Shown here in pieces: positions 47,211 to 59,844 of a DNA stretch of 64,000 nucleotides. This DNA is from Octopus sinensis (lineage: Eukaryota). Both the position numbers and the translations under genes were made by a program. Position 1 is the first letter of the stretch. Every line of letters starts with the position of its first letter. Where the stretch lies: positions 87,296,001-87,360,000 of the forward strand of contig NC_042998.1 of the NCBI RefSeq assembly GCF_006345805.1. Reading direction: 5' to 3'. Under the pieces are notes generated by a model. The model saw only the letters and a program-made list of their open reading frames with translations. It did no database searches and was not told the origin of the DNA.

Positions 47211-49786
47211 GATGACTAAGAACACTATTTGGTTGTCATGATTGTTTTAGAGATCAAACTGTGACTTCAAAGAACATTTGATTGCAGACAAACATTCCCG
47301 ATTTCCCCCCCACCACCACATATGATTTATTTCTATTAACAATTTGCTTTCTTTTTCCTATTTTCCAACATAGATGACAAAATTATCTTTTTATACTCAT
47401 TAATGATCTCTTTAATATATTCAAACTATTATTAATATAAAATGAAACAGAAATATATGTCTTTTACAAGACACAAATTCACATGTGTGTGTGTGTGTTG
47501 TTTATATTTGTTTATTTATGTGCATGAATATGAATAAGCCAATATGTTTTGTGATTTCTATTTAGAACTGTTCATTTGTCTCATAACTTACAATTTATTC
47601 TGGTGTTTATGTATGTGAGTGAACATGAGCATGCATATATGAAGTAGCAGAATTATGTGTTGAGATTATGCACTGATATAAGTATTATGCTGCACTAATA
47701 TATATTTAGTTCTGAGTTCAAGTGTCGCGCCAGGCCAACAAAGAATTTTAATTTCAGCAATATATTGGAGTCAAATGACTGCTGCTTCTTGCTGTTACCA
47801 TGGAAACTGCCACTGCTGCTGTTGACAAAGTAGGCAGGCCAATGATTATTCTAGAAAAGGGATGATTTACTGTATTATTGATGACAATTGATCTGAGAGT
47901 AGACCTGGCTATCAACAAAATCAAGCAGTAAATATGTAGATTTTAATCACATCACCAATATATAAAAAATATACTAACATGAGGTATTCACTACACTAGA
48001 TTGTTGTTTATGAAAATAATAGCAATCAATGAGTACTTATTGTAGGTTTTGCAGTGATAAAAAGTGTTCTGGTTGTTGAATGAAAAATCATTATCAACCA
48101 CTTGACAATACTGTATTGAGTGCTAGGACTCATAAGTTACAGTTACCCAGTGTCTGAGATCACAACATTCCTCCTGTACAAGATGCTAGTCCCTCACAGG
48201 GTTACTTATTTACAGCTGAGTGGACTGGAGCAATGTGAAATGAAGTGCTTTGCTCAAAAACTCAATGCACTGCCTTGCTTGGAAATTGAAACCATGGCCA
48301 TGCAATCATAGGTGTAGCACACTAACAACTAGGCCACACACCTTTGCCAGGATAGAAAATGCAGCCTAATAAAAAAAATGCCTTGCAAAAGTGAAATATT
48401 GTGAGAGGCCTTTATATAAGAAGAACCTAAAATGTAAATATGGCAATGAGGGAAGTTCCAGTAACAGAATGAACGCTGCTACATGTTCATGAAGTTTTGG
48501 AAGGTCAAAATATTGTGTTTTAGAATCACAGTGTTATGAAAAAGTCACAGTGCTGAAATACAAATTGTTAGAATTCAAATTATTGGAATTCAACCAAGTT
48601 AGGGCCATCAATCAAAAGAATTATTCATTTGGACAAAATAAACAAAAAGTGTATTAACAGTTAAAATAATGTAATACATCTTCTATACTGGTTGACTGAC
48701 TAAAATATAACATACATATGATATGAGGCCTCATTTTTGTCATCAAAGTTAATAATGCATAGAACAGATGAATGTTCTCACAGAGGCTGGCTATTACCAA
48801 TATTTAAATGGAGTGAATGATACAGATGTAGAGCAGTTTCATCAAACATTCCATCACCTCTGTTACACTTTTCTTCTTCATCCTGAATACTACACCTACC
48901 AGCACACTGTAACCACTACATTATACATAGCTCCCACCACCACTACAAGCCTGCCTACTAGTGCTACTCCTAGCACTGCTACCAGGTCATCAGAAAAAGC
49001 AACTTGTGAAGTTTGTGTAGTTGTTTAATTTGAATTTCAGTAAGGTTGCTACTCCCAATAGGTAGGACTGAGAACTTATATAGAATTTGAGCAAGTAGGG
49101 TTGATTGAGAAAAAGAGGAATAACATATTGAAAGGAAAGCATATCAAGAATGCCTTTAGCCAGGTATGGTACAAAGCTTCAATGTTCAAAGATACAATGA
49201 CTATTGTTCTTTTTCTATATAGGCAACAGTACTCATGGCCTTTAAGGCCTTCTGATACTAGTGAGGTCATATGATTAATGTTCAGCTTGAAGAAATTCAA
49301 GCTGATAACTGCAGATGTGATTTGTGTAAGAAAAGACTTGCAGATGGTGGCATTGTATTATATTATATAAAAATATTATGAATATGTATCTCGGTTTGGA
49401 TTTGGAGAGATGAAACATAGTAATGAGGATGAGAGGGACAGAAGCAGATGAATCAGCATGGTCAGTGTACCACTTACTTGTTCAGAAAAGCAAACATCAC
49501 TATGGTATAAGATACTGGAAAAAGATTTTATGTACTGTAGTACAATTGGTTGAAATGTGTAATTGAATGAAATTTGGATGGTTTTTGGATTAGGGTACAG
49601 TCTACGAAGTCTAAGAGTTACTTTGTCTCAAATATGTGAGCAGTTATCTAAAGTTGAGCTTACTTATGACTTGTATTGGTCAGAACAGAGAAGTAGTCTA
49701 TGGTTCTAAAAAAAGGACCTAACCTTTTAGATATACATTTGGATTATGCTATAGATTGTGGCTGTTAAGAGAGATCATCAGAAATT

Positions 49787-50100
49787 ATTTACATTATTTA
49801 CATTTGACGGATATTTGACCTCATCTTGTTTGTTGTTAACACAACGTCTGGGCTGATATACTCTCCAGCTTTCATCAGGTGTCATGGGGAAATTTCGAAC
49901 CTGGGTTCTCATTCCTAAGGTATTTTTCGATGTTATTATTATTATTATCATTCAGGTCACTGCTTGGAATTGAACTTAGAATCTTGGGATTAGTAGCCCG
50001 CGCTCTTAACCACTACACCATATGCCCATGGGCAAATATCCATCAAATGTAAATAATGTAAATCATGTACGTAATTCCTCATCTCTTAAATATAGAACTG
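49787..50100 (-). mobile_element. Composite element: tRNA-like head, (TAA)n, minimal hammerhead, bracketed by a 31-bp inverted repeat
   Basis: Inverted repeat 49787-49817 / 50033-50063 (1 mismatch). tRNA-like head 50027-49953 (A box TGGTGTAGTGG, B box AGTTCAATTCC). Right end ...tatagaactg followed by TA. Confidence 0.8.
49838..49883 (-). ncRNA. Degenerate minimal type I hammerhead ribozyme
   Basis: GACAC-CTGATGA-aaGCTG-gagagtatat-CAGCc-CAGAC-GTT-GTGTT: stem I GACAC/GTGTT and stem II GCTG/CAGC; canonical GAAAC reads CAGAC here. Confidence 0.6.
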
Positions 50101-50415
50101 TATTATTATAAGAATTGTTTAAGCCTAGCATTTTTAAAGTTTATAAACAGCTATGAGCTGTTCCTAAGTGGAGTGAAGATAGTTTTATAAAAGTTTTAGA
50201 AGTCTGGCTGCAATGAAAAGTATTGAAAGTTTTGTTGATTTGTGTAATGAATATATTTTGGAGGAGATGAGGTTATGTCAACATAGGTCAACTTATTTTT
50301 GTATTAGTTAGTTGGAGAGGAAAGAGATGCAGTGTCTTTCACCTTTTCTGGCCCTCTTTGTCTGGAACAATTGCTGCAGTTGATGATTTGTTCAAAGTTC
50401 CGTTAGTGAATACCT

Positions 50416-50648
50416 ATTTCTTTATTGCCTACGAGGAGCTAAACACAGAGAGGACAAACAAGGACAGACAAACGGATTAAGTCGATTACATCGACCCCAG
50501 TGCATAAATGGTACTTAATTTATCGACCCCGAAAGGACGAAAGGCAAAGTCGACCTTGGCGGATTTTGAACTCAGAACGTAACGGCAAATGAAACACCAC
50601 TAAGCATTTTGCCCGGCATACTAACATTTCTGCCAGTTCACCGCCTTA
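50416..50648 (-). mobile_element. tRNA-derived SINE, near full length
   Basis: Reverse complement begins aaggcggtgaactggcagaaatgttag...gttctgagttcaaaatccgccaaggtcgactttgcc, the same family as 32005. Confidence 0.85.
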
Positions 50649-51451
50649 GTGAAAACCTCTAAAAGTTACTCTGGTCTGATAAAGTAATTTCAGTTTCAAG
50701 AGAAAAAGTTTTGTGTAGCATCTACAAAGCAAGAGACTAGGATACACAGGTGCATTGAGTGTGATTAGTGAGAGGTGATATACAACTAACTAGTTGTGGT
50801 AACCAGAAACTTCTCCACTTCCACCATGGATGGGGAAAGTGAACTGACATTCTATGGGCTTGCGTGGCAGTGTGTTGGTGAGTGATTTCATGTTATTCAG
50901 TCTGATGACTTCCTTTTGTGTGTCTGATCCAGAATATTTTTATGCATAGCAGCAGCATCAACCTAGATGTGGTTTTCACTTTGAGTTTTCTAGAGCATCA
51001 GATGTTTGAGGCTGAAGTATTTTCTAGCTCTAATGAGGAAAACTAGTCTTTGGGTCACACCTTTATTTTTATATTTATGAAATCACTCAGAGTGATCATA
51101 AGTAATTGTGGGGCCTGGTATTTTTATTGATTTTAAAGGTATTATATGTACGTATGTTGTTCATTGTTAGAAAGAATGAGATAGAATATTGTTTTACATT
51201 ATGTGAAATGACAGCATCTTTGAGCTGTCAAAAGAGTAAAGACTTGTATGGCTCCATTGTAGAAAGTTTTTGAGGAATCTGTTCAAGGAGGCAGTACAGG
51301 TTTTAGATTAGTAGAAGTGTTGGATGTGGGTGACACCTGTGTAGGGAAGGTTTTTATAGTAGTGATAAGTGGGATTATATACCAAGGAGTGAGCATTGTT
51401 ATAAATGACAGTAAGGTGGTGAAGTGACAGAATTATTAGTACATTAGACAA

Positions 51452-51640
51452 ATGCTTAGTAGCATTTCTTATGGCTTTACAGTCTAAGTTCAAATTCTGC
51501 CAAGATCAACTTTGCGTTCCATTCTTTAGATGATAAAATTAAAATAAGTACCACTTAACTACTGGGGATGATGTTATCAACTAACCCCTCCCCAAAATTT
51601 TCAGGCCTTGTGCCTCTAGCAAAAAGGATTATTGTAAATG
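51452..51640 (+). mobile_element. tRNA-derived SINE, partial
   Basis: tgcttagtagcattt...ctaagttcaaattctgccaagatcaactttgc...aaaataagtaccac. Confidence 0.75.
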
Positions 51641-52152
51641 ATAGTAAGCAGGTTTTAGATGTTTGTGGTGAAAAATGTGTCTGATTACTGAGCCCTGGGT
51701 AACAGTAGAGTTGATAGAGTGTGGTCAAGGAAGAGCGTCATTTTCATGATATAATGATACAATCTGACAAGAAGGATCAGACACAAGCAACTAGAATGAG
51801 AGAGAGCAACTGGCAGAGAGTTTAGCCAAGATATTTTCATGTTCTCCGTGATCAATCAAATACATTGCTGATGTCAAGTGTAACAGCATTGTATTTGCAA
51901 AGAATTTTACTGGTAAATGATGCAAGAGATCATGTCTCTAGTAAATTTTTTCTATAGAAGCTAAACTGGCAGTTGTTGAGAAAGAAGAGTGACACAGGGA
52001 TTTGGAGAAGATAGTTAAAAACTAATTCCATCTCTAGTGGTATGTTAGAAACGAGAGCAAAAGATTGCTGACTGATTCAAGCAGAAAGGTCTCTTAGAGA
52101 TGTGACACACTGTAACATGTTTCTGAAGATTAGGAGTGATTACTGTAAGGAA

Positions 52153-52154
<2 letters not shown>

Positions 52155-52220
<66 letters not shown>
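52155..52220. repeat. (GA)n microsatellite
   Basis: Direct reading. Confidence 0.97.
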
Positions 52221-52223
<3 letters not shown>

Positions 52224-52922
52224 GAAAAGTTTGGTAAGAATTATAGTTAGTTATGAATGCATTGTTTTGAGAGTGATGAGTGGTGGCGGGGGGGGGGGCA
52301 GATAGCCAGAGCCAGCTTTTTTTCTGTCCTTTGCTACAGAATAACTAACATAGTTATAGTGTTGTTTTCCGAGAGTTTATATAACATCAACATTTGTTTT
52401 CATAGAGACATATATATACACACACTAATGTCTTCATTTTTCATTGCATTACATATTTTTGATAAAATCATTCTTCATTGGAAAGTAATGTTTTGTGGAT
52501 ATTTTCCTGTGCAGCTGTTTACAACATGTATTATTTACTCATCAGTGAGATGCTGGTGACATTTGATACTTCAACAGGAATAATTTGTTTCCCATTCATT
52601 TACCATGTATCTTTGTCTGTTTATCATTTTGTATGCCTAAAGTATACAATGTATTTTTTTCTAAGTACGATTCTTATGTATTTTATATCTGAACATATAA
52701 GTATGATTGTGTGTATATACATAGGCATGGACTTTTTCACTTACTTGCCGAAGTCTTAGAGTTTATTTTAATGAGTCACCTTCTTGATGACAAGTTTGTA
52801 AAGAATTTTTTTTTTCAAAATAAGTGAATATTGTTCTTATCATAATCATCTACACAACCATTCACTTTTTAAATTTAGATGTATATATGTACTACCTTAA
52901 AAGTTGCCCTAACAGGTAGATT

Positions 52923-53201
52923 TTAAGCTAGCTCCTGTACAACATTGGAAGCTCTCCTAGGCTCAACTTGTTCAGGTGTTTCTAATGCCCTTTCACTCCT
53001 CTTGGTAAGAGCATTTGATGTTCTCCCAGATGCATCATGTTCAGGGGTTTGTGAGTCCCTAAGTATTTGCATATTTGTACCAATGGCTGCCGTTTGATCT
53101 GGGTTTTCATTTGTGCAGGACTTTCTTTTCCTTGCTGCAGCCTTAGCTCTTTTGATTGCAATCTGATCTTCTGTTGGTGGAGATTTATTTTTACGAGGCA
53201 T
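52923..53201 (-). mobile_element. Short ORF resembling the basic N-terminus with ETPEQ-type repeats of Helitron Rep/Hel proteins (remnant)
   Basis: MPRKNK...AAARKRKSCTNENPDQ...SQTPEH...ALETPEQ, with ~23-residue spacing of the (N/E/Q)(N/T)P(D/E)(Q/H) motif; no Rep or helicase domain follows. Confidence 0.4.
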
Positions 53202-53924
53202 ACTGCTGCCATATGCATTAGGCAACAATAAACTACAGAAGAACTGAAAAGTGATTGCTGCATTTAAGTATTACATTAATATTTAAGCTGCCTTTTAAAA
53301 GTTCAACAATAATTCTTCAGCCGACTTTTAATATAAAAACAATTTGATGTACGTAGCTCCTTACTTTTTGTGCAAATAAATATTTCTATTTCATGAGTGA
53401 CTCATGCTGGATTTCGTAATTTATTTCGATTATTTCGAAATTTATTTCCAAGTTATATAAATAGTTATCTTAATATGCTAATACCTATATAGTTATGTAC
53501 ATACATACCTGTGGTGTGTGTGTCACACTTAGTTGAAAGGGAGAGGTAAAAAGAGTGAAATGAAACTTATTAAGCAGAAGAAGTATAGCTGAAGTGGCAA
53601 AGCAGCAAAGAATAGAGAGTAAGAGGGAGTGAGTGAATGCGAGAGATAGAGAGAGAGAGGGGGGGGGCATTGATAGTGCTGAGTAGTAAGAGAAATATAC
53701 TGCGTTAAATGCAAGAAAAAGGTTAAGGGCAAGAAGACATAGGGGAGGGAAGGAGAAGAGAGAAAGATATTTAGAGACATAGATTGAGTGAACGAAAGGA
53801 GTGGATAGAGAATGATAGTGAAAGTGAATGAAGTTATTCTCAGAGAGAAAATGCTGGGAAAAGTGTGACACACTGACACACTGACATTCACATTTATTAT
53901 ATTAGATATATGTAATTTTTCAGT

Positions 53925-56400
53925 TATATTTCAAATAGAGAAAGACCTGGTTTCTAACCTAGATTCAAGGCTCCTTTATTGGAATTTCAACATCAGCAAC
54001 AGGGTATTTTTGTTTGTTTGTTTGTATGTATGTATGTATGTATGTATGTATGTATGTATGTATGTATGTATGTATGTATGTATGTATGTATGTATGTATG
54101 TATGTATGTATGTATGGATGGATGGATGGATGGACGGACGGACGGACGGATGGATGGATGGATGTATGTATGTATGTGTGCAGATTTGTATGTTTTACTT
54201 TATGTATGTATTCTCATGCATATAGTTGCATATTTAGACATGCTCATAAATGTATATTTCAATGATAAACTTCTGGAAAGTTTTACAGATTTTTACACTT
54301 CCAGTGATGGATTGGATCTGTAGTCTTTGTGTTAGCTTTTTCCTTTCTGGCTTTGAGAAGCCTAATTTCTCAAGATTGGTACTTAGGCAGTGTGTTACAT
54401 ATTCCAGAGTCCCAATAATTACAGGTATAAACCTGAACTTGTAATCTGGATTGAGTAATTGCAGATTTCTCAATAGTTCAGCATAGGTGTTCTCCTTTTC
54501 ACTGATTTTCAGCTTTATTTTAACATCTGCTGGGCAGCTAATTTCCACAACTGAGCACAATTTCTCTTCTCTATCCCAAATCATTATATTAGATCCGTTG
54601 TGCTTACATTTTATTGAGGTCTTCACTGGGACATTCCACCAGTACTCCTTTTTATTATGAGTGGCTATGGCTTCTACCATACTGCAGGTTCTTATTTCTT
54701 TGTCCTCGGGGTTATCCTTCCAACAGATTTCATTATAAAGTGTCCTATTTACAACATCATGTTGCATCGATAGATATTATCATGATAATATTTTCAGACA
54801 ACTGCTTATTATGTGGGTGATATCTTCAGTGTTAACTCCACAAAGTCTGCATCGGTTGTCACATTTTACTACTTTTCTTGCATCTCTATCCTATTTTGCG
54901 CATCAGGTACTTGGTTAATATTTCCTGATTGTAAACGCATACTCCTCAGAGTGGGAGATAGTAATCTGGCTATTTGTCCATAATAAACTGCTTTGATGAT
55001 CGATGTTACCTCAGAACTTTCTTCTAACATATCCATGCATAGTCTTCTGCTCATATAGACTCATCCTTTCAACTGATGATATGTTGCGGTATAGTTATGT
55101 GACTTCTTTGGGCATGTATTCTAGGTTATCAGACAAAGAACATGCTCAAGGACCTGCCTTCCAAGTCTTATAATGTTATCAGCCTCATGTATGCAAACTT
55201 GGTCAAGGGATACACTTCAACGCTTGGTGGTTAAAAGATGTTGCCAAAGGGATATGATGCAACATTCAAAGGTATTTTGGATCAATGTTAAAACTGCCAT
55301 CTTGTTTTCATTCTAGGTGGAGGTGATCTATGTCACTGTTTATGTGGGAATTATGTGTACTTGTTAGTATTTTTAGGGTTTTCACATCAATGGCTTGGAT
55401 CTCATCAGGCATCCGATCAAGCAGCCCAAATGTTGGTATGAGTACTGGCACTGCAAACACATTGTAGGCCACTGTTTAATTGAATGCAGAGAGTTCTGAG
55501 GTTCAAATTTTCTTTATTTGATTGTAATATTCTTTAGTGACACAATTTTTTGTTACAGGTGCCATTGTAAGATATGTTTTCATCCACCACTAGATACCTG
55601 TAACACTCCTTGTCAGAAATAGAGAAACAGTCAAATCATTGATGGAGAGGTTACTATTCTGGTTTATAGTTTTCCCGCTTTTCACAAGCATATAACAACA
55701 TTTATCCTGGACAAATTCCAACCCTACATCCTTTGAGAATGTTGTAACTAGGTCAAGGCTCTTTTTCATCTCATGCATATTTTCTGCATAAAGTTTTAAG
55801 TCATCCACAAAAAAACTGTAATTTTGGTATTTCTGTTTCTTTGTAAACCACTGAAATATCCTTCAAACCTCCTTAACATGAATAACAAAAGGTTTACAGA
55901 AAGTATAAACAACATCACTGAGGGGCTGTCTCCTTGGAATATGCCTTTTTGATACTGTATTCTGTCAGTGATAATACAGTCACTTTTTGTGTTTAATTTC
56001 AACACATCATGGGCCATTAAACAATTTGCGTTTAATGGCCCATGATGAAGTCAAGTCAACTATGGCTTTGACTATGCTCACTGGAACTTTAGCAAACTGA
56101 AGGGCTTCTGACATCCATGAGTGGGGAACAGAGTCAGAGACTTTCTTGTAATCTAACCACATTGAAACTAGGTTTCTCCTATGCTCTCGCACCTCAGACA
56201 TCACAAGTTTGTTGATTAACAATTACTCAGCACATCTCCAGACTCCCTTCTTCCCAACTGCTTCTCCTGCTCTGATGATGTTATTGGTTTCCTGGAGGAA
56301 GAGGTTTAAACATGCTGTATATGTCATATACATTAAGCTCTGGCATGCAATTGGCTGATAGATTGTCAGACATTTACTCACTAAACCAAATGCACCAATT
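53925..56400 (-). pseudogene. Degraded RLE-type (R4/NeSL-like) LINE: RT, CCHC, RLE, and 3' UTR containing (TACA)n
   Basis: PIACQSLMY, WLDYKKVSDSVPHSW, KGIFQGDS, MDDLKLY, TEDITHIISSC, WWNVPVKT...VVEISCP...KENTYAELLRNLQ...IPVIIGTL; many stops and indels. Confidence 0.85.
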
Positions 56401-56620
56401 CCAAGTAGAATTGGTATAAATGTGAATTCACTTATAATCTGGATGTGAAAGGTGGAAGTTTTGAAACAGTTGTACATAGTTATCCTTCTTCCCTTTAATT
56501 TTCAGAGATATTCATATCAGCAGGACAGTTGACCTCTTTAATGGTACTTACATTTTCTTCTCCATCCTAAGCAATATTCAGCTTTTCATGTTTACACTTG
56601 ACAGGTGTGTGTGTGTATGT

Positions 56621-57520
56621 CAGTATTCAGTTTTATTTCAAGAACACCATTTGAGTGTGATCGCTGTCAACATCGCCTTACTGGCACATGTGCTGGTGGT
56701 ACGGAGAAAACAACATTCAAGCATGGTCATTGCCAGTGCCGCTGGACTGGCTCCCTTGCAGGTATCACGTAAAAAACACCATTCAAATGTGGTCACTGCC
56801 AGAACCACCTAACTGGACCTTGTACCGGTGGCACATAAAAGTACCCACTACACTCTCGGAGTGGTTGGCATTAGGAAGGGCATCCAGTTGTAGAAACTTT
56901 GCCGGATCAGATTGGAGCCTGGTGCAGCCTTCTGGCTTGCCAGTCCTCAGACAAACCGTCCAACCCATGCCAGCATGGAAAGCAGATGTTAAACAACAAT
57001 GATGATGATGATTTATTGCTAACAGAGAAAGAGCTAGTTTCTAACCTAGATTCAAGGCTCCTTCATTGGAATTTCAACATAAATAGGGTATGTATGTATG
57101 TATGTATGTATGTATGTCTGCATGCATGCATGTAAGTATGTATGCATGCATGTATATGTGTTGATTTGTATCTTTTGTTTTATGTATGTATTCTCATGCA
57201 TATAGTTGCATGTCTAGATATGTTCATATATACTAAAATGATAAACTTCTGAAAAGTCTTACAGATTTTTATAGTTCCAGTGATAGCTTTGATCTGTAGT
57301 CTTTGAATCAGCTTTCTCCTTTCTGGTTTTGAGGAATCTAATTTCTCAAGATTGGTATTTAGGCAGTGTGTTACATATCCCAGTGTTCCAATGATTACAG
57401 ATATAAACTTGAACTTGTAATCTGGATAGAGTAGTTGTAGATTCCTCAATAGTTCAGTGTAGGTATTCTCTTTTTCACTGATCTTTATTTTAACATCTGC
57501 AGTGCAGCTGATTCCAACAA
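56621..57520 (-). mobile_element. 5'-truncated copy of the same RLE family, interrupted by an RTE 3' UTR copy
   Basis: VVGISCTADVKIKISEKENTYTELLRNLQLLYPDYKFKF...; 3' end cagtattcagttttatttcaag at 56621-56642 resumes atttattgctaacagagaaag at 57011. Confidence 0.85.
56644..57010 (+). mobile_element. Nested RTE 3' UTR copy with hairpin modules and (GAT)n tail
   Basis: caccatttgagtgtgatc...gccagtgccgctggactggc...cactacactctcggagtggttggcattaggaagggcatcc...gatgatgatg. Confidence 0.88.
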
Positions 57521-57524
57521 CTCT

Positions 57525-58070
57525 GTGTCTTTGTGTATGTCTGTCTGTATGTATGTATGTACGTATGTATGTATGTATGCATGCATGCACGCATGTATGT
57601 ATTATGTATGTATGCATGCATTATGTATGCATGCATGCATGCATGCATGCATGCATGTATGTATGTATGTATGTATGTATGTATGTATGTATGCATGCAT
57701 GCATGTATTATGTATGTATGTACGCATGCATGCATGTATGTATGTATGCATGTACGTATGTATGTATGTATGTATGTATGCATGCATGCATGCATGTATT
57801 ATGTATGTATGTATGTATGTATGTATATATTATGTATGCATGCATGCATGTATGTATGAATGTATGTATGTATGTATGTACGTATGTATGTATATATGTA
57901 TGCATGCATGTATTATGTATGTATGTATGCATGCATGCATGTATGTATGTATGCATGTATTATGTATGTATGTATGCATGTATTACGTATGTATTTATGT
58001 ATGTATGCATGCATATATTATGTATGTATGTATGTATGTGTTTTTGTATGTATATATGCATTTGCATGCA
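57525..58070. repeat. ~550-bp compound (TATG)/(CATG) tetranucleotide satellite
   Basis: Direct reading; the long M/Y/V/C/H ORFs here are artefacts. Confidence 0.95.
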
Positions 58071-59844
58071 CCGTTGTTTTGACACCATGTGATGGTGTAA
58101 ATGAGCATCACCATCATACAAATCTGTTGTTGATGTTGTTAGTCAACTGACTTCTGAGATAACATGTCCATCTGTGGAAACAGGTGAGAGCTGGTGGCAA
58201 AAAAGGGCATCTAACCAAAGAAAATATGCCTCAACATATTCCATCTGACGCATACAAGTAGAGAAAAGTGGATGTTAAATGAGGATGATAATGATGATGT
58301 AAATCAGGGCCACTGATTTACACAGCATTATCATATAGATAGTTGATAGTTCCAGAGCTTTAAGTCATAGATAAAAATCTCAATATTCTGCCATATAAGC
58401 CTATTCATAATCCTGTTTACTTTTCCGTAAATTTAGAGTATGCTGAGATTCATCTGAAGCTTTTCAATTCCAAGTGAGTATGTATGGGGATTGATATAGA
58501 AATTTGTGACAAAACATTAGACTCAGTTATCTCTTTTCTCTGTACAGAATGTATTTTTTTTCTTTCAGTTCTATCATTATCATTTATATCTTTTAAATTA
58601 TCCAAAAACTTATTAGAAATATCTGTATTTTCTTCACAAGCTCTCTTCTCAGCTTACACCTACACATTAATAGAAGTTTTGTTTCCATGTCATTTCACTG
58701 GAAATAACAGGAAATTATATACTTCAGAATCTTGCCAAGTACACATGAAAATTTAGATACCTGTCTAAATAATCAACTTCTAGTCTGGTCTCCATTTTTT
58801 TGCCTTTTTTCTCTTTTCCTTATCGCATGCTGCAGCCCGTGACATTACCATCTGCCCATGTAGAAATGTTCAGATTTTGTCGATTTAAAATATGATGATA
58901 CCATTCTGAATCTACCTACTACAAGGCATGATAGCATACTATTTATTTTGCATCAGCAAAAATTATATGTTTTCAGCTGGATTACCTGCCACAAGCGTAT
59001 ACATACGTAATGAACATACATAATATGTGTATATAAATGATAACCAATGTAATAACTACTAGGGTTCCAAGGGCTAACAAATATTTCAGTTGTATTATAA
59101 GCGATGTAATTATCTGCTACAAAATTTGTATTAATATTTTAAAGATTAGAATATAACAGAAGAGTTTAGGGGTTATAATAGTCATGCTTTCTTCAAAGGT
59201 CATAACTCGGTGATTTAACTTATTCAAAATATATGAAAAGATCATTTATTTTGACTTTTTTGTTAAAAGAACAGAAAAAAAAAAACAATCAGTTTAAAGG
59301 GGAATAAAAAAAATAAGCAACAGATAATTTTTGCATTATCTCCCTTAAATTTTTTTCCAACTGTTTATTGACGTAGATAGAGATTGAGACAACGGAAAAT
59401 CAGGTTGAACTTTTGCCGGCTGATGTCTATGTGAGAAGCAGAGGAGAAGAAGACTTCCTGTGAGATGCCTTTTTGAGGATAAAGTTTTAGATGAAGGGAT
59501 TAGTGGTAAGACACAACAAACAAGGAGAGACAAATGAATATAATAATAATAATAATAATAATCAATTCTTTTTTATTGGCCACAAGGGCTGACACGCATG
59601 ATTACATAAAGGGACAAGACAGGACGAAAGGTTACAAAGGGTTTTGTCCGTTTGTTAAAAAAATCCGTGTAAAAAACTTTAAAGCAATGATTATTAAAAA
59701 CAATGAAAAACTCCCAAAAGGGGGAGACGTCTCGAAATGTTCCCGGTGGAAAAAACCCTACAAAAGCCAACGGGAGCCTGGTCAAAAAAAGGGGGTGTAG
59801 AGAGTCCCCTTTCTTCTCCTTTTACATTACCTTTTTCTTTGAAA

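Noticed and set aside
48768-49028. 86-aa ORF (EAGYYQYLNGVNDTDVEQF...) faintly myosin-like
   Set aside because: No splice signals, no further motif and a low-complexity tail; unsupported.
57490-58150. Long M/Y/V/C/H and H/T/Y/I ORFs here and at 2762-3300, 6016-6633 and 53979-54323
   Set aside because: Translations of microsatellites; only the 3102-3180 segment is genuine coding sequence.
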